From an uncultured Nitrososphaerota archaeon (GTDB taxonomy: Archaea; Thermoproteota; Nitrososphaeria; Nitrososphaerales; Gagatemarchaeaceae), in assembly GCA_963703285.1 (NCBI GenBank), contig OY969807.1:1056001-1120000 (forward strand): a stretch of DNA of 64,000 nucleotides. Direction: 5' to 3'. Shown here piece by piece: positions 9,921 through 19,982 of the stretch. A program made the translations under genes and the position numbers. The notes beneath the pieces were generated by a model. That model saw only the letters and a program-made list of their open reading frames with translations, did no database searches and was not told the DNA's origin. The number at the start of each line of letters is the position of its first letter. Within the stretch, counting starts at the first letter, position 1.

Positions 9921-10237
9921 TGGGGCCGCACATCGGGGAGTTCCTAAAAAAGGAGGGGCCGAATTGGGATTGGATCTTCTCGAGGGGCAGGACGATGAGC
10001 CCCCCGGGACCTCGGGCGGTCGTTAGCTGCAGGGGGGTTTCTTCTTCTTGGGCACCATAGGCAATCCTTTGGTGTATCTCGATTTAAGGCTGAAGGGGAC
10101 AGCGATGGACCGTGAATGAGGCACATCCTATCGAACCAGAAACCACATAACGACGCTTTGCGGACCGGTGGCTCGACTTCTCGCTGCCGTCCCTAGACCA
10201 GGTCAAGTCAGCCTTCTCACCCAGGATTAGCGCCAGC

Positions 10238-11053
10238 GTGCCGCCGACGGCCGAGGGGGTGAGGCTGCTATCGGGTCTCGGCCTGAAGTACGCCGAATTG
10301 GGTCCCTTCGAAGACAGCGGCCCCGCGAAGACCCTCGGCGTGGACGGCAGCGTCATTGCGGCCCTGAGAGAGGCTTTGCGGTCCTACGGCATCCGCGCGG
10401 CGTCGATGCACGCGCCCTTCATGGGCGAGTTCGACCTGGGCGACCTGGACGCGAGGAAGAGGGAGAAGACGATCGAGCTCCACCTCAGGCAGCTTCGCTA
10501 CTGCTCGGAGCTAGAGGTCCGGTACTACGTCGTGCATCCCGGAGGGCTGATCTACGCAGGATGGGACGACCAAAGAAAGTTGGGCATATGGTCTCACGAC
10601 CACTCGTTCGCGGAGAAGCTCTGGAAGATCAACGCGGAGGTCGTCTCGAGGCTCGCAAGGACGGGGAAGGACCTGGGTGTCGCTGTCTGCCTAGAGAACG
10701 GCTGGCTTAACGACCCCAGTTTCATGACCCGGGAGGACTTCATGGGGATCATCGAAGGGGCCAACAGCGACAACGTCGGAGCGTGCATAGATACGGGTCA
10801 CGCCAACATCGGCTCGGCGGTCAGACCCTCTGACGTGCTGAGGCGAATGGGCTCATCGGTGTGGGCGGTGCACATCTCTGACAACGACGGCTCGGGCGAC
10901 TTCCACCTGCCTCCTGGGAGGGGAAACATCGACTGGCCAGATGTAGTCAGCGCACTGGCGGAGATATCGTATGCGGGAACCCTGAACCTCGAGACGGACC
11001 CGGTCGAGGGCGTCCCCTTCCTGAGGCGACTTCTCGGCGAGCCGTCATCCTGA
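10238..11053 (+). CDS. Sugar phosphate isomerase/epimerase (AP endonuclease 2 TIM barrel); true start probably near 10117
   Basis: SMHAP, VVHPG, CLENG, CIDTGHA, HISDNDG and DFHLPPGRGNIDW; the frame stays open upstream of the called start. Confidence 0.85.
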   Translation: MPPTAEGVRLLSGLGLKYAELGPFEDSGPAKTLGVDGSVIAALREALRSYGIRAASMHAPFMGEFDLGDLDARKREKTIELHLRQLRYCSELEVRYYVVHPGGLIYAGWDDQRKLGIWSHDHSFAEKLWKINAEVVSRLARTGKDLGVAVCLENGWLNDPSFMTREDFMGIIEGANSDNVGACIDTGHANIGSAVRPSDVLRRMGSSVWAVHISDNDGSGDFHLPPGRGNIDWPDVVSALAEISYAGTLNLETDPVEGVPFLRRLLGEPSS

Positions 11054-11112
11054 GGTTCGAGCGCCCTTTCCACCGACCACAATACCGGCGCGGCCGAGTT
11101 CGGCGCAGGCTA

Positions 11113-12150
11113 TCATGAGGTCGCTCCGGGCTGCTGCTGGGTGATGCAGTGAATTCCCCCGAAGCCATAGACGAGCGCTTCGCAGTCTATCCCGACCACC
11201 CTCCTACCCGGAAACGCGCTCCCGATGGTCCCGAGCGCCGCGCCGTCGTTGACGTCGCGGAACGTGGGCACGAGGACGACGGAGTTCCCCACGAAGAAGT
11301 TAGCATAGCTGGCGGGGAGCCTTTCCGACCCTCCAACCTTCTTCCTAGGCATCGAGACGGGGATGACCTCCAGCCCCCTGCCGACCTCGTCCTTGGCAGC
11401 CCTCAAAAGCTCGATGTTCCTTTGCAGCGGTTCGTAGTTCGGGTCACCGGGATCCTCCTCCGCCATGCAGACGACCCTCCTGTCGCCCACGAACCGTGCG
11501 ATGTCGTCGATGTGGCCGTCAGTGTCGTCACCGGCGATCCCCTCCTTGAGCCAGACGAAGTTGGTGAAGCCGAGGTACCTCTCTAGCCTCTCCTGAATCT
11601 CTTCTCTCGACAGCTGCGGGTTGCGGTTCCTGTTGAGGAGGCACTGCTCGGTCGTGAGGCACGTCCCCCGCCCGTTCGAATCGATGGATCCTCCCTCCAG
11701 GACCATCGCGGGCTCGAGGATTGGCGCTCCCGCGTCCAGCGCGACCGCCATCCCGGTTTCGTCGTCTGCGAGCAGCTCGTCGTACTTGTTGCCCCAGGCG
11801 TTGAAAATCCACTTCGTCGCGGCGATTCGGCCGTCACGTCGGCGTACGAAGATCGGTCCGTAGTCCCGCATCCAGACGTCCGCGCTTCGTATCCTGACGA
11901 AGCGCACCCTGGTACTGCGTCCGATCAGTTGGGACGCCCTCCTCTCCATCGCATCGTCGTCCACGAGGACGTTCACCCGTTCGCCCAAAGAGAGTGAGGT
12001 CACCATGACGCGGTAGGTCTCCTCCACCTTCCCGATGATTTCCTCTGGGAAAGTCAGGGGGTCCTTCGGCCAGGCGACCCAGGTGGAGTCGTGACTCTCC
12101 CATTCGGCCGGCATCCTGTAATCTGTAGACGAACCCGGGGAGATGCTCAT
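11113..12150 (-). CDS. aguA: Agmatine deiminase
   Basis: RMPAEWE, DVWMRDYGP, LEGGSI, DDTDGHID, ASYANF and GGIHCITQQQP. Confidence 0.95.
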   Translation of the reverse strand: MSISPGSSTDYRMPAEWESHDSTWVAWPKDPLTFPEEIIGKVEETYRVMVTSLSLGERVNVLVDDDAMERRASQLIGRSTRVRFVRIRSADVWMRDYGPIFVRRRDGRIAATKWIFNAWGNKYDELLADDETGMAVALDAGAPILEPAMVLEGGSIDSNGRGTCLTTEQCLLNRNRNPQLSREEIQERLERYLGFTNFVWLKEGIAGDDTDGHIDDIARFVGDRRVVCMAEEDPGDPNYEPLQRNIELLRAAKDEVGRGLEVIPVSMPRKKVGGSERLPASYANFFVGNSVVLVPTFRDVNDGAALGTIGSAFPGRRVVGIDCEALVYGFGGIHCITQQQPGATS

Positions 12151-12986
12151 GGCGCTTCTGCAATGCCTTTGTACGTGGCTGTCCTCCTGTTCCGAAGGAA
12201 CCCCCACCCCTTCTCGATGTCTCTTCCCAGCTGCGTGTTGCACGATGCAAGGACGACCTGCTCGGTCTTGCCACCCCGGCGGAGGACCGTCCCGAACTGG
12301 TCGCAGACGAACGATCCGCCCCAGAAACGAGTTTCCTTCTCAACGCCCACCCTGTTTACGGCCGCTACCACCACGCTGTTGGCAATGGCGTGCCCCCGCT
12401 GCACCGTCTCCCAGGCCTCCTTCCAGTCGCCCTCGGTCTGTTCGATCCCTCTCACCGTCCCGATCGCCGTCGGGTAGAAGATGAAGTCTGCTCCCAGCAG
12501 CTTGTTCGCCCTAGCGGCTTCGGGATACCACTGGTCGAAGCAGATCAGGACCCCGAGCCTCCCGTACTTGGTCTCGAAGACCCTGTAGGCCCTCCCTGGG
12601 CTGAAGTAGTCTTGCTCGTAGAATCCCGGATCCTGCGGGATGTGGACCTTGCGGTAGGCTCCCAGTGTCTTCCCGCGTTCATCGAAGACGACGGCGGTGT
12701 TGTACGTCTTCCCCCTGAAGGCCTCGTAGAGGGACCCTCCTACAAGGACGACCTCGTTCCTCCTGGCCGCTTCTGAAAGCGCTTCCGTCGCTTCGTTCGG
12801 GAGCTTCTCGGGTCTTGTGTCAGATTCCTCTTCTTGAGGAAAGTACGGAACGTCGAAGAGTTCGGGAAGGCACACTATCTGGGCGCCCCCCTTCGCCGCC
12901 TCGCCGACCATGCGAGACGCCTTGCTGATGTTCTTCTGGCGGTCGTCCACCATCCTCATCTGGACGAGGCCGAGCTTCACTTCCAT
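12147..12986 (-). CDS. aguB: N-carbamoylputrescine amidohydrolase (nitrilase/CN hydrolase)
   Basis: CLPELF, YRKVHIP, ICFDQWYPEAAR and YPTAIG; ATGA overlap with aguA. Confidence 0.9.
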   Translation of the reverse strand: MEVKLGLVQMRMVDDRQKNISKASRMVGEAAKGGAQIVCLPELFDVPYFPQEEESDTRPEKLPNEATEALSEAARRNEVVLVGGSLYEAFRGKTYNTAVVFDERGKTLGAYRKVHIPQDPGFYEQDYFSPGRAYRVFETKYGRLGVLICFDQWYPEAARANKLLGADFIFYPTAIGTVRGIEQTEGDWKEAWETVQRGHAIANSVVVAAVNRVGVEKETRFWGGSFVCDQFGTVLRRGGKTEQVVLASCNTQLGRDIEKGWGFLRNRRTATYKGIAEAP

Positions 12987-13099
12987 GCGATTGCTTCCCA
13001 GCGATTCTCGTGGAAATTTAAACGTGCGCGGGCCGCTAGCCTCGGAATCGTACAGGGTGGGATCCGCGGAACTGAAGACCCCCCGGTTCGTCGATTGGC

Positions 13100-13546
13100 C
13101 TAGACGTTCGGCCGAGTCGCGGGGACCTCCGGCTTGACCGAGGGTGCGGGCGGGGATCGCCGCGCCACTATGATCGCCCCAATCCCTATCAGTACGAGGA
13201 CCACCTGAACCCCAAGGAGGGCCTTGAAGGCGGTGTCGCCAAGAAGATACTTCTGGAAGGAGGACTGTAACCCCACCGAACTCGTCCCAACGCTGGATCC
13301 TATGAAGAGGTCGGCCCCCATCGCACCGAACTGCACCAGACCCAGCAGGGTCAAGCCTATGATGGCCAGTTTCGGCTTCCACCAGAGGCCCCCGATAAGC
13401 CCCAGGTCCAAGACCACGAAGACGATCAGCCCCTCCGCGTGGGTCGGGGCCGCCGACCAGAGATATGAATCGGTGAGGAGTATGTATGTACCTATGGCAG
13501 CGGAGACCAGCAGGACCAACGCCGCCAGCACGTTGATGGTCTTCAA
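13100..13546 (-). CDS. Hypothetical membrane protein
   Basis: Four hydrophobic segments; TATA-like AT-rich tract upstream. Confidence 0.65.
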   Translation of the reverse strand: MKTINVLAALVLLVSAAIGTYILLTDSYLWSAAPTHAEGLIVFVVLDLGLIGGLWWKPKLAIIGLTLLGLVQFGAMGADLFIGSSVGTSSVGLQSSFQKYLLGDTAFKALLGVQVVLVLIGIGAIIVARRSPPAPSVKPEVPATRPNV

Positions 13547-13695
13547 GCAGAAACAACTCTCTCCATAGAATATATTTAACGCTTGTCTCGGAAATCACCG
13601 AAAAACTGTTATCGTCCGAGGCGGCGCGGATCCACCTGCCTCGCGGCGCAAGGGACAGTTAGGGTTTAAAAACCGAAGTTCGCATAGAAGAAAGC

Positions 13696-13962
13696 GTGAG
13701 ACCCCAGAAAGCGTTCGTGTTGGTTAAGACAGACCCGGGCAAGGAGAGAGACGTTGCGGATAGGCTCTACAAGATTCCGGAGGTCAGGGAGGTCCACCTC
13801 ATCACCGGCGAGTGGGACATCCTCGTCGTCATCGAGACCGAGAGGGAGATTGTCCTTCCTACGGACGAGAAGGTGCTGGAGCTTGTGATGGACAAGATTA
13901 CGACGCTTCCCTACCTTCGTGATACGAATACGATGATCCCGTCGTTCTCGAAGTACAAGTGA
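13696..13962 (+). CDS. Lrp/AsnC ligand-binding (RAM) domain protein, no HTH
   Basis: AFVLVK..PG.E..V..L..IPEVREVHLITGEWDI...DTNTMI. Confidence 0.88.
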   Translation: MRPQKAFVLVKTDPGKERDVADRLYKIPEVREVHLITGEWDILVVIETEREIVLPTDEKVLELVMDKITTLPYLRDTNTMIPSFSKYK

Positions 13963-13997
13963 TCGGGGTCGGGGAGTCCGGCCGCGCTCCCCACTAG

Positions 13998-15266
13998 TTA
14001 CTGCTTCTTGAGTTCGTCGACGATAGCCTTGGCTCTGTCGAACCTGATCATCTTCTCCTGGATCATCCTGTTAGCGACGATGTCGACCATCTCTCCGGTC
14101 GCCCCCGCGTTCGCCGCCACGTTCCGCGCATGGAGCTTCATGTGACCCTTCTGGATCCCCTCCGATGCCAGCGCCCTAAGCGCGGCGAAGTTCTGCGCCA
14201 GCCCGACCGCTCCCATCACCTCGGCGAGCTCTATCGCCGTCTTGACGCCGAGTATCTTGATGGCCGACTTCGCCGCCGGGTGTGTCTTGGCAGCCCCGCC
14301 AACGAGCCCCACGGCCATGGGCATCTCAAGCGTCCCGACGAGGTCCCCCTCAGCGTTCTTCTCCCACGTCGTGAGTGACCTGTATCCTCCGCGCGTCGCC
14401 GCATAGCTGTGCGCCCCCGCCTCGAGCGCCCTGATGTCCTGGCCGCAGGCTATGCCCACGGCGACGACGCCGTTCATGATCCCCTTGTTGTGGGTCGAGC
14501 ATCGGTAGGGGTCAGCCTCCGCGAAGGCGTACGCGTACACGATGCCGTCGACGGCAGCCTCACCTCCTATGGCCTCCTTATCGAAGGTCGCCGCGGCCCT
14601 GATCAGCCTCCTGTCGGCAAGGTTGGAGATGATTCTGAGGTACACCTTCCCACCCGTGACCCTCTCCACGATCGGAGCGACTGCCTCTGCCATCGTGTTG
14701 ACGGCGTTGCCCCCCATCGCGTCGCCGGTGCTCACGATCAGCTCGGCGATAACCATGGGCCCCTTGGTGGATGAGAGCACCTTGGCATTGAGGTCCTTGG
14801 CCCCGCCTCCCAGAGAGACGAGCATGGGGTCCTGTTCGTTGGCCTTGGCGAGGATCTCGGCCTTGTGGAGGAGGAGGTCCATCCTCGCCCTGTACGGGTC
14901 CTTCACGTCGACCGCCTGGATCTGTCCTATCATTACGGGACCTGTGTTGGTGACTCGGAAGCCGCCCTTCACCCTCGCCATCTTCGCCGCGTTGCTGGCT
15001 GCGGCCACTACCGACGGCTCCTCGATGGCCATCGGGACGAGGTAGTCCTTGCCGTTTATCATGAAGTTCGTGCCTATGCCCATCGGGATGGTTATGCCCC
15101 CGATTACGTTCTCGATCATCCTGTCCGCCACCTCCCCCGGCAGCCCGCCGGTGTTGCCCAGCGTCCTTGCCTCCTCCTCCGTGAGACCCGTGAGCCTCTG
15201 GACCAGCTTCAGCCTCTCGCCCATGGGGAGCTTGTAGAAGCCGGGTTGCTCTGAAGATTCCTCCAT
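13998..15266 (-). CDS. mvaA: Class II HMG-CoA reductase
   Basis: MIENVIG, EEPSVVAAAS, DAMGGN, THNKGIMNG and EGIQKGHMKLH. Confidence 0.95.
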   Translation of the reverse strand: MEESSEQPGFYKLPMGERLKLVQRLTGLTEEEARTLGNTGGLPGEVADRMIENVIGGITIPMGIGTNFMINGKDYLVPMAIEEPSVVAAASNAAKMARVKGGFRVTNTGPVMIGQIQAVDVKDPYRARMDLLLHKAEILAKANEQDPMLVSLGGGAKDLNAKVLSSTKGPMVIAELIVSTGDAMGGNAVNTMAEAVAPIVERVTGGKVYLRIISNLADRRLIRAAATFDKEAIGGEAAVDGIVYAYAFAEADPYRCSTHNKGIMNGVVAVGIACGQDIRALEAGAHSYAATRGGYRSLTTWEKNAEGDLVGTLEMPMAVGLVGGAAKTHPAAKSAIKILGVKTAIELAEVMGAVGLAQNFAALRALASEGIQKGHMKLHARNVAANAGATGEMVDIVANRMIQEKMIRFDRAKAIVDELKKQ

Positions 15267-15356
15267 TTTGTTGTCGGGGTGCTCCCGCCCCGTGGGCTAT
15301 TTAATTTGAGCGAAGCCGCGGGGGTCCTGAATCGGCAAGAGCCGAAGTGCGGTTCG

Positions 15357-16307
15357 CTACTTCTTCAGGAGCCGATGGAGCGTCTCTCTGTCCACCTTCA
15401 GGAGACCCACTTCTGGGAGCCTGGAGAGCAATGTCTTGAGGTCCTTGTTGGCCCTGAAGGCCGATCTAAGCACAGATTCTCCCTTCGAGGTCTCGCCGTG
15501 GTTCAGAAGCGTGACTCCCTGCCAGAACCCAAGCTCCGGGTTCTCGGGGGACAGCTCGGCCGATCTCTTGTACTCCTCAAGGGCCTTCGCGTTCTCGCCC
15601 TTCTCCATCAGGAGGTCTCCGTTGTCTGCGTGGGTGAACGCCTCGTGAATCCTGAGGAGCCTCCTCATCTCGACGAGGGGCTTGGGGTTGTCCTCGACGC
15701 GGAGGTCGACCACCCTGTCGTGCCATGGAGTACCGCTGCCCAAGACCTTGACTATCAGGATGGCGGCCGACTGCCTACCCCTGAGGTCGCCTCCCGCCTG
15801 CTCCGCGCTCTCGAGCGCGAGCATGAGCCTCTCTGCCAGGCTTCCCTTCGACCTCCTGAAGGAGGTGGCCATGGCCTTCCAGACCCGACGGTTGCGCATG
15901 ATGTTCGCCTGGGCGCTGAACCCTCGGCCCGACTCGTGCCCGGCCTCGGGCATGCACTTGCGCCCGGTATGTACCGCGACCCTTCCCCGGGAGTCGAGCA
16001 TCGCCACCTGCCTCACCTCAGGCCTCGGGTCGGTCGCCAGGAGCGACTTCAGCGCCTGCTGAGGAGTCTTCCCGCCCTTCATGAGGGCGAGCCCCAGCGG
16101 ACCGTAGCTCACCTCGACCGAAGCCTGGGTTGCGACCACCCCGACCCCGGCCTCCGCCCACGTCACCACCAATCCGACCGAGAACCAGTGCGACTGGACG
16201 GCGACGCCCATCTCCCCAGTCCTCCTGTCGATGGCCACGATGGAGTAGGTGTCAACCGGCCGCATGGGGGCCTGACCGGAGTAGTCTGGATAAAGCTCTT
16301 CTTCCAT
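15357..16307 (-). CDS. DUF1028 (Ntn-hydrolase-like) protein with C-terminal TPR
   Basis: TYSIVAID..TGEMGVAVQS, RQVAMLD, AGGDLRGRQSAA and DLRVED. Confidence 0.88.
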   Translation of the reverse strand: MEEELYPDYSGQAPMRPVDTYSIVAIDRRTGEMGVAVQSHWFSVGLVVTWAEAGVGVVATQASVEVSYGPLGLALMKGGKTPQQALKSLLATDPRPEVRQVAMLDSRGRVAVHTGRKCMPEAGHESGRGFSAQANIMRNRRVWKAMATSFRRSKGSLAERLMLALESAEQAGGDLRGRQSAAILIVKVLGSGTPWHDRVVDLRVEDNPKPLVEMRRLLRIHEAFTHADNGDLLMEKGENAKALEEYKRSAELSPENPELGFWQGVTLLNHGETSKGESVLRSAFRANKDLKTLLSRLPEVGLLKVDRETLHRLLKK

Positions 16308-16345
16308 GAAGGATAAAAGCCGCAAGTTTCAGGGCCGAACAACTA

Positions 16346-16453
16346 GGGCCGGTCGTCTAGCATGGTTAGGACGTCGCTCTGACACTCCAGAGCAGAAGAC
16401 GGCGAATGCAGGATCCGCCAAGGTCCCCGGTTCAATTCCGGGCCGGCCCACCA
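16346..16453 (+). tRNA. tRNA-Val(GAC) with two introns (about 16384-16398 and 16407-16421), CCA encoded
   Basis: Acceptor GGGCCGG/CCGGCCC-A-CCA; anticodon arm TCGCT-CTGACAC-GGCGA after splicing; T arm CCCGG-TTCAATT-CCGGG; BHB-like motifs at both inserts. Confidence 0.88.
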
Positions 16454-16476
16454 CCCTTTCCAACGGCTCCCGCCCC

Positions 16477-17253
16477 CTACTGAACGAGCCGTTTGACGAC
16501 GACGGATGCAAAGCTCACGAAGAAGACGGTTGACACCACCAACGCGAAAATGTCCAGGGGAAGCCCGGAGTAGTCGCCCGTCAGCAGGAGCGACCTCAGG
16601 GCGTCGACGACGTAGCTGAGTGGGTTGACATATGCAACGTACTTGAGCCACTGGGGCATGAGCGAAATGGGGTAGATCGCGCTGCTCGCGAAGAAGAGCG
16701 GCATGGTCAGCACCTGTCCGATGCCCATCATTCTGTCCCTAGTCTTCAGGAACGACGCCAGTATCATCGAGAAGCTCGAGAAGCACATGGAGAGCATCAC
16801 GACGATCCCGAAGACGCCTAGTACGTTCAGCACGTCGAGCCTGAGGCTCACACCGATGATCAGCGAGAGCACGATGATGACGATGGCCTGGAAGAACCCT
16901 CGAACGGCCGAGGCGAGCGCCTTGCCGATGACGATCGAGGACCGGGGCGAGGGGGTGGAAAGAAGCTTGGTCAGGAGGCCGACGTCCCTCTCCCAGACAA
17001 TCGTAATCCCGTAGAAGATTGCCACGAACAGAACGGATTGCGCCAAGACACCTGGAGCTATGTACTGGATGTACGTGTAGCCCGCTGGAGCGAGCACCTT
17101 CACCGAGTTCAGGACCTCCCCGAAGATGAGGAGCCAGAGAGCCGGCTGGACGGATCGCATCCAAAGCTCCGTCGAGTCGTGCCTTATCTTCCGCGCCTCC
17201 ATCTCGGCCACGGTGAGGACGCTGGATATGGACCTCGGAATGCTCAGGCTCAT
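16477..17253 (-). CDS. ABC-2 type transporter permease
   Basis: QPALWL, YIAPGVL, WERDVG, PLFFASSAIYP and NPLSYVVDALR. Confidence 0.92.
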   Translation of the reverse strand: MSLSIPRSISSVLTVAEMEARKIRHDSTELWMRSVQPALWLLIFGEVLNSVKVLAPAGYTYIQYIAPGVLAQSVLFVAIFYGITIVWERDVGLLTKLLSTPSPRSSIVIGKALASAVRGFFQAIVIIVLSLIIGVSLRLDVLNVLGVFGIVVMLSMCFSSFSMILASFLKTRDRMMGIGQVLTMPLFFASSAIYPISLMPQWLKYVAYVNPLSYVVDALRSLLLTGDYSGLPLDIFALVVSTVFFVSFASVVVKRLVQ

Positions 17254-18245
17254 CTCCCCCGCCTCGTAAACGTCCTTCTCTCCGAACGAGCCTCGACGTA
17301 GCGGCCCTGGTCGACTCGCGAACCTGCGTACTTGATGAAGACGTCGTCGAGGGTCGGCTTCGCCAGCGAGATGGAGTCGATGACCATCCCCTTCGACTCG
17401 AGGAAGTCGATTATCCTCGGAATCTTCTGCTCCCCGTTCTCGGTAAGGATCCTCATCTCGCCCCCCTCGTACCCGAGCAGCCGCCCAGCGTCGCTTGGAA
17501 GCGAGGTAACGATTCCGCCCTGGGATGTCTTTGCTGTGATGATGTCTCCGCCCACAGATTCCTTGAGGCGCGTCGGCGTGTCGATGACGGCTATCTGACC
17601 GCCGTTCATGATGGCGACCCTGTCGCACATCTCGTCGGCTTCGGTCATGTCGTGGGTCGTGACGAGCATGGTCATCTTGAGCTCCTTGTTTAGCTCCTTC
17701 ACCCTGTCCTTGACCTGGTTCTTCGAGAACGGGTCGAGCCCTATGCTTGGCTCGTCGAGGAAGAGTATCTTGGGCCTGTTCACGAGCGCCTGCGCTATCT
17801 CGAGTCTCCTCATCATGCCTCCGGAGTAGTGCTTCACGAGGTCGTCAGCGCGCCCCGCCAGGTCCATGAACTCCAGGGCCTCGGAGATTCGCTCCTCCCT
17901 CTCCTTCCTCTCGACGTAGAAGAGCTTCGAGAAGATAAGAAGGTTCTCGTATCCGCTCAGGTCGCCGTCGACCGAGATAGCCTGGGGGACGTAGCCGAGC
18001 ATCTGCCTGACCTGCTTCGGGTACCTGAGGACGTCGACGCCAAAGACTCGCGCCGTCCCGCTCGTGGGCTTGATCAGGGTCGTAACGACCTTGATGGTCG
18101 TCGTCTTCCCGGCGCCGTTGGGGCCCAGCAGCCCGAAGATCTCACCCTCGTCCACCGAGAAGCTGACGTCGTCCACGGCCTTGGTCTCCTTGCCGTACAC
18201 CTTGGTCAGGTTCTCGACCTCGATTGCCTTCAATGAGTTGCTCAA
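17250..18245 (-). CDS. ABC transporter ATP-binding protein (DrrA-like)
   Basis: Walker A GPNGAGKT, signature YSGGM, Walker B LFLDEP. Confidence 0.95.
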   Translation of the reverse strand: MSNSLKAIEVENLTKVYGKETKAVDDVSFSVDEGEIFGLLGPNGAGKTTTIKVVTTLIKPTSGTARVFGVDVLRYPKQVRQMLGYVPQAISVDGDLSGYENLLIFSKLFYVERKEREERISEALEFMDLAGRADDLVKHYSGGMMRRLEIAQALVNRPKILFLDEPSIGLDPFSKNQVKDRVKELNKELKMTMLVTTHDMTEADEMCDRVAIMNGGQIAVIDTPTRLKESVGGDIITAKTSQGGIVTSLPSDAGRLLGYEGGEMRILTENGEQKIPRIIDFLESKGMVIDSISLAKPTLDDVFIKYAGSRVDQGRYVEARSERRTFTRRGR

Positions 18246-18385
18246 TTTTGATTGAAAGGGCCCGGGGGCCACCCTCGACTCCTCTGTTATTGCATAGGGA
18301 TATTTGCTTTTATCGCGGCGTTGGGCGCTCCAACATAACCTTCATCAGACACCCATGGCGGAGTTGTTAGGTTGAGGTTGGTACC

Positions 18386-18991
18386 ATGAACGTCGGACGC
18401 GAGGTGAAGATCCTGCTCCTGAACAACAGGGGAATCTCGCTGGACGCTCTGGAAGAACAGTTGAGGGGCCTTGGAGCTCGCGTAGACCTAGTCGAACCAG
18501 AGTCCACTGACGGGCCTCTCCCGGTCAGCGGGTACGACGGGGTCGTAGCATCGGGCGGCTACTTGAAGTCAGATGTCCGGAGCGACACCCTTCGAAAGTA
18601 TTCGGCGTTCTTCGATGGACTTTCGGCTCCCTTCCTCGGGATATGCCTCGGGATGAAGATACTGGGCTACTGCTACGGGGCGAGGATCGCGAGGACGTCT
18701 CCGGTGGTCGGAGTTCGTCGGGTCGCCCTAAGCGGATTCCCGCTGTTTCCGGGGTTCCAAGAGTTCGCGGTACATCAGAACCACAGGTACGAGCTAGTCC
18801 GCCCGCTACCAAGCGCCCTGCAGGATTTCACAGCCGACGGAGGACCCGTTCAGGCGATAGGCGTCAAGGGGAAGAGGCAGTATGCGGTGCAGTTCCATCC
18901 CGAGGTGGGAAGGATGCACGCGCGGGTCATCCTCGAGAACTTCGTCTCTCTCTCCTCACAGGGTGCACAGGTCGGCGCTCAGGGGACGTAG
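18386..18991 (+). CDS. Class I glutamine amidotransferase (GuaA N-domain-like)
   Basis: PFLGICLG and VQFHPEV catalytic motifs. Confidence 0.85.
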   Translation: MNVGREVKILLLNNRGISLDALEEQLRGLGARVDLVEPESTDGPLPVSGYDGVVASGGYLKSDVRSDTLRKYSAFFDGLSAPFLGICLGMKILGYCYGARIARTSPVVGVRRVALSGFPLFPGFQEFAVHQNHRYELVRPLPSALQDFTADGGPVQAIGVKGKRQYAVQFHPEVGRMHARVILENFVSLSSQGAQVGAQGT

Positions 18992-19866
18992 ACGCCTATC
19001 TCTTCGCCTATCTTCCTTAACCGCTCGATGCGGTGTTCGGTGGAGGGATGGGTCGAGAAGAGCTCCATCATCGAAGAGCCCCGGAACGGGTTCACTATCC
19101 AGAGGGATGCGGTTGCTGGCGAGGGGGCGCCAGTGCTGTTGGCCCCCGGCTGACCTGCCATGGGGCGAGTCTTCGCCTTGACGCTAATCTTCTGGAGCGC
19201 CGACGCCAGCGCGCCCGGGTTGTGGGTAAGCTTGGCCCCGTACTCGTCCGCATTGTACTCCACGCTCCTCGATATCCCCAGCTTCACGAAGGTGGCCCCC
19301 AGCGGGACGAGCACAATCGCAGCTATAGCGAGCAGCGGGTTTCCTCCGTTCCTACCGTTTCCGCCGTACCCACCGCCCAGCATCATGGAGAAGAGCGCGA
19401 TGTAGGAGATGACCCCCGCCATCGTGGCGGCGACGCTGGACATCAGAACGTCTCTGTGCACGACGTGCCCGATCTCGTGGCCAATTACGGCCTGGAGCTC
19501 GCTGGGAGTGAGGGTGGAGAGGATGCTAGAGGTGGCCACTACGACGGCCTTGTTCGGTCCCCGGCCGGTGGCGAAGGCGTTGGGCTGTGGCGAGTTCACT
19601 ATCCCGACCTTGGGCATCGGGATTCCAGCCTGCTGCGCGACCGTCCTGACGACCCCGTAGAGTGTCGGGTTGTCGCTCTCCTGTATGAGCTTCGCACCGC
19701 TCATCCTGAGGACGATGCTGTCGCTCTCGAAGTAGGAGTAGAAGTTCACGGCCACCGACACCAGCAACGCGAAGCCCACGAACAAGAGAGGGGCGTTGAA
19801 GTATAGCCCCACGGCGTAGCCCACGAGCATCACCATCGCGGTCAGAACGAAAAAGAGCAGCGTCAT
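18979..19866 (-). CDS. htpX: HtpX-like M48 zinc metalloprotease
   Basis: PNAFATGR, HEIGH, EYNAD and FSTHPSTEHRIERL. Confidence 0.93.
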   Translation of the reverse strand: MTLLFFVLTAMVMLVGYAVGLYFNAPLLFVGFALLVSVAVNFYSYFESDSIVLRMSGAKLIQESDNPTLYGVVRTVAQQAGIPMPKVGIVNSPQPNAFATGRGPNKAVVVATSSILSTLTPSELQAVIGHEIGHVVHRDVLMSSVAATMAGVISYIALFSMMLGGGYGGNGRNGGNPLLAIAAIVLVPLGATFVKLGISRSVEYNADEYGAKLTHNPGALASALQKISVKAKTRPMAGQPGANSTGAPSPATASLWIVNPFRGSSMMELFSTHPSTEHRIERLRKIGEEIGVYVP

Positions 19867-19982
19867 CCTCAGATAGAATGCCAGAACCGTATCACCTTGA
19901 AATCGGCGGCTCCGAACACACGTAAAAACTTTTGCGTGAAAAGGTTATTACATTTCAGCGCTCGGACGACGACCGAGAAGAC

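Noticed and set aside
13998-15266. Class II HMG-CoA reductase as a novelty
   Set aside because: Class II enzymes are already known in several archaeal lineages.
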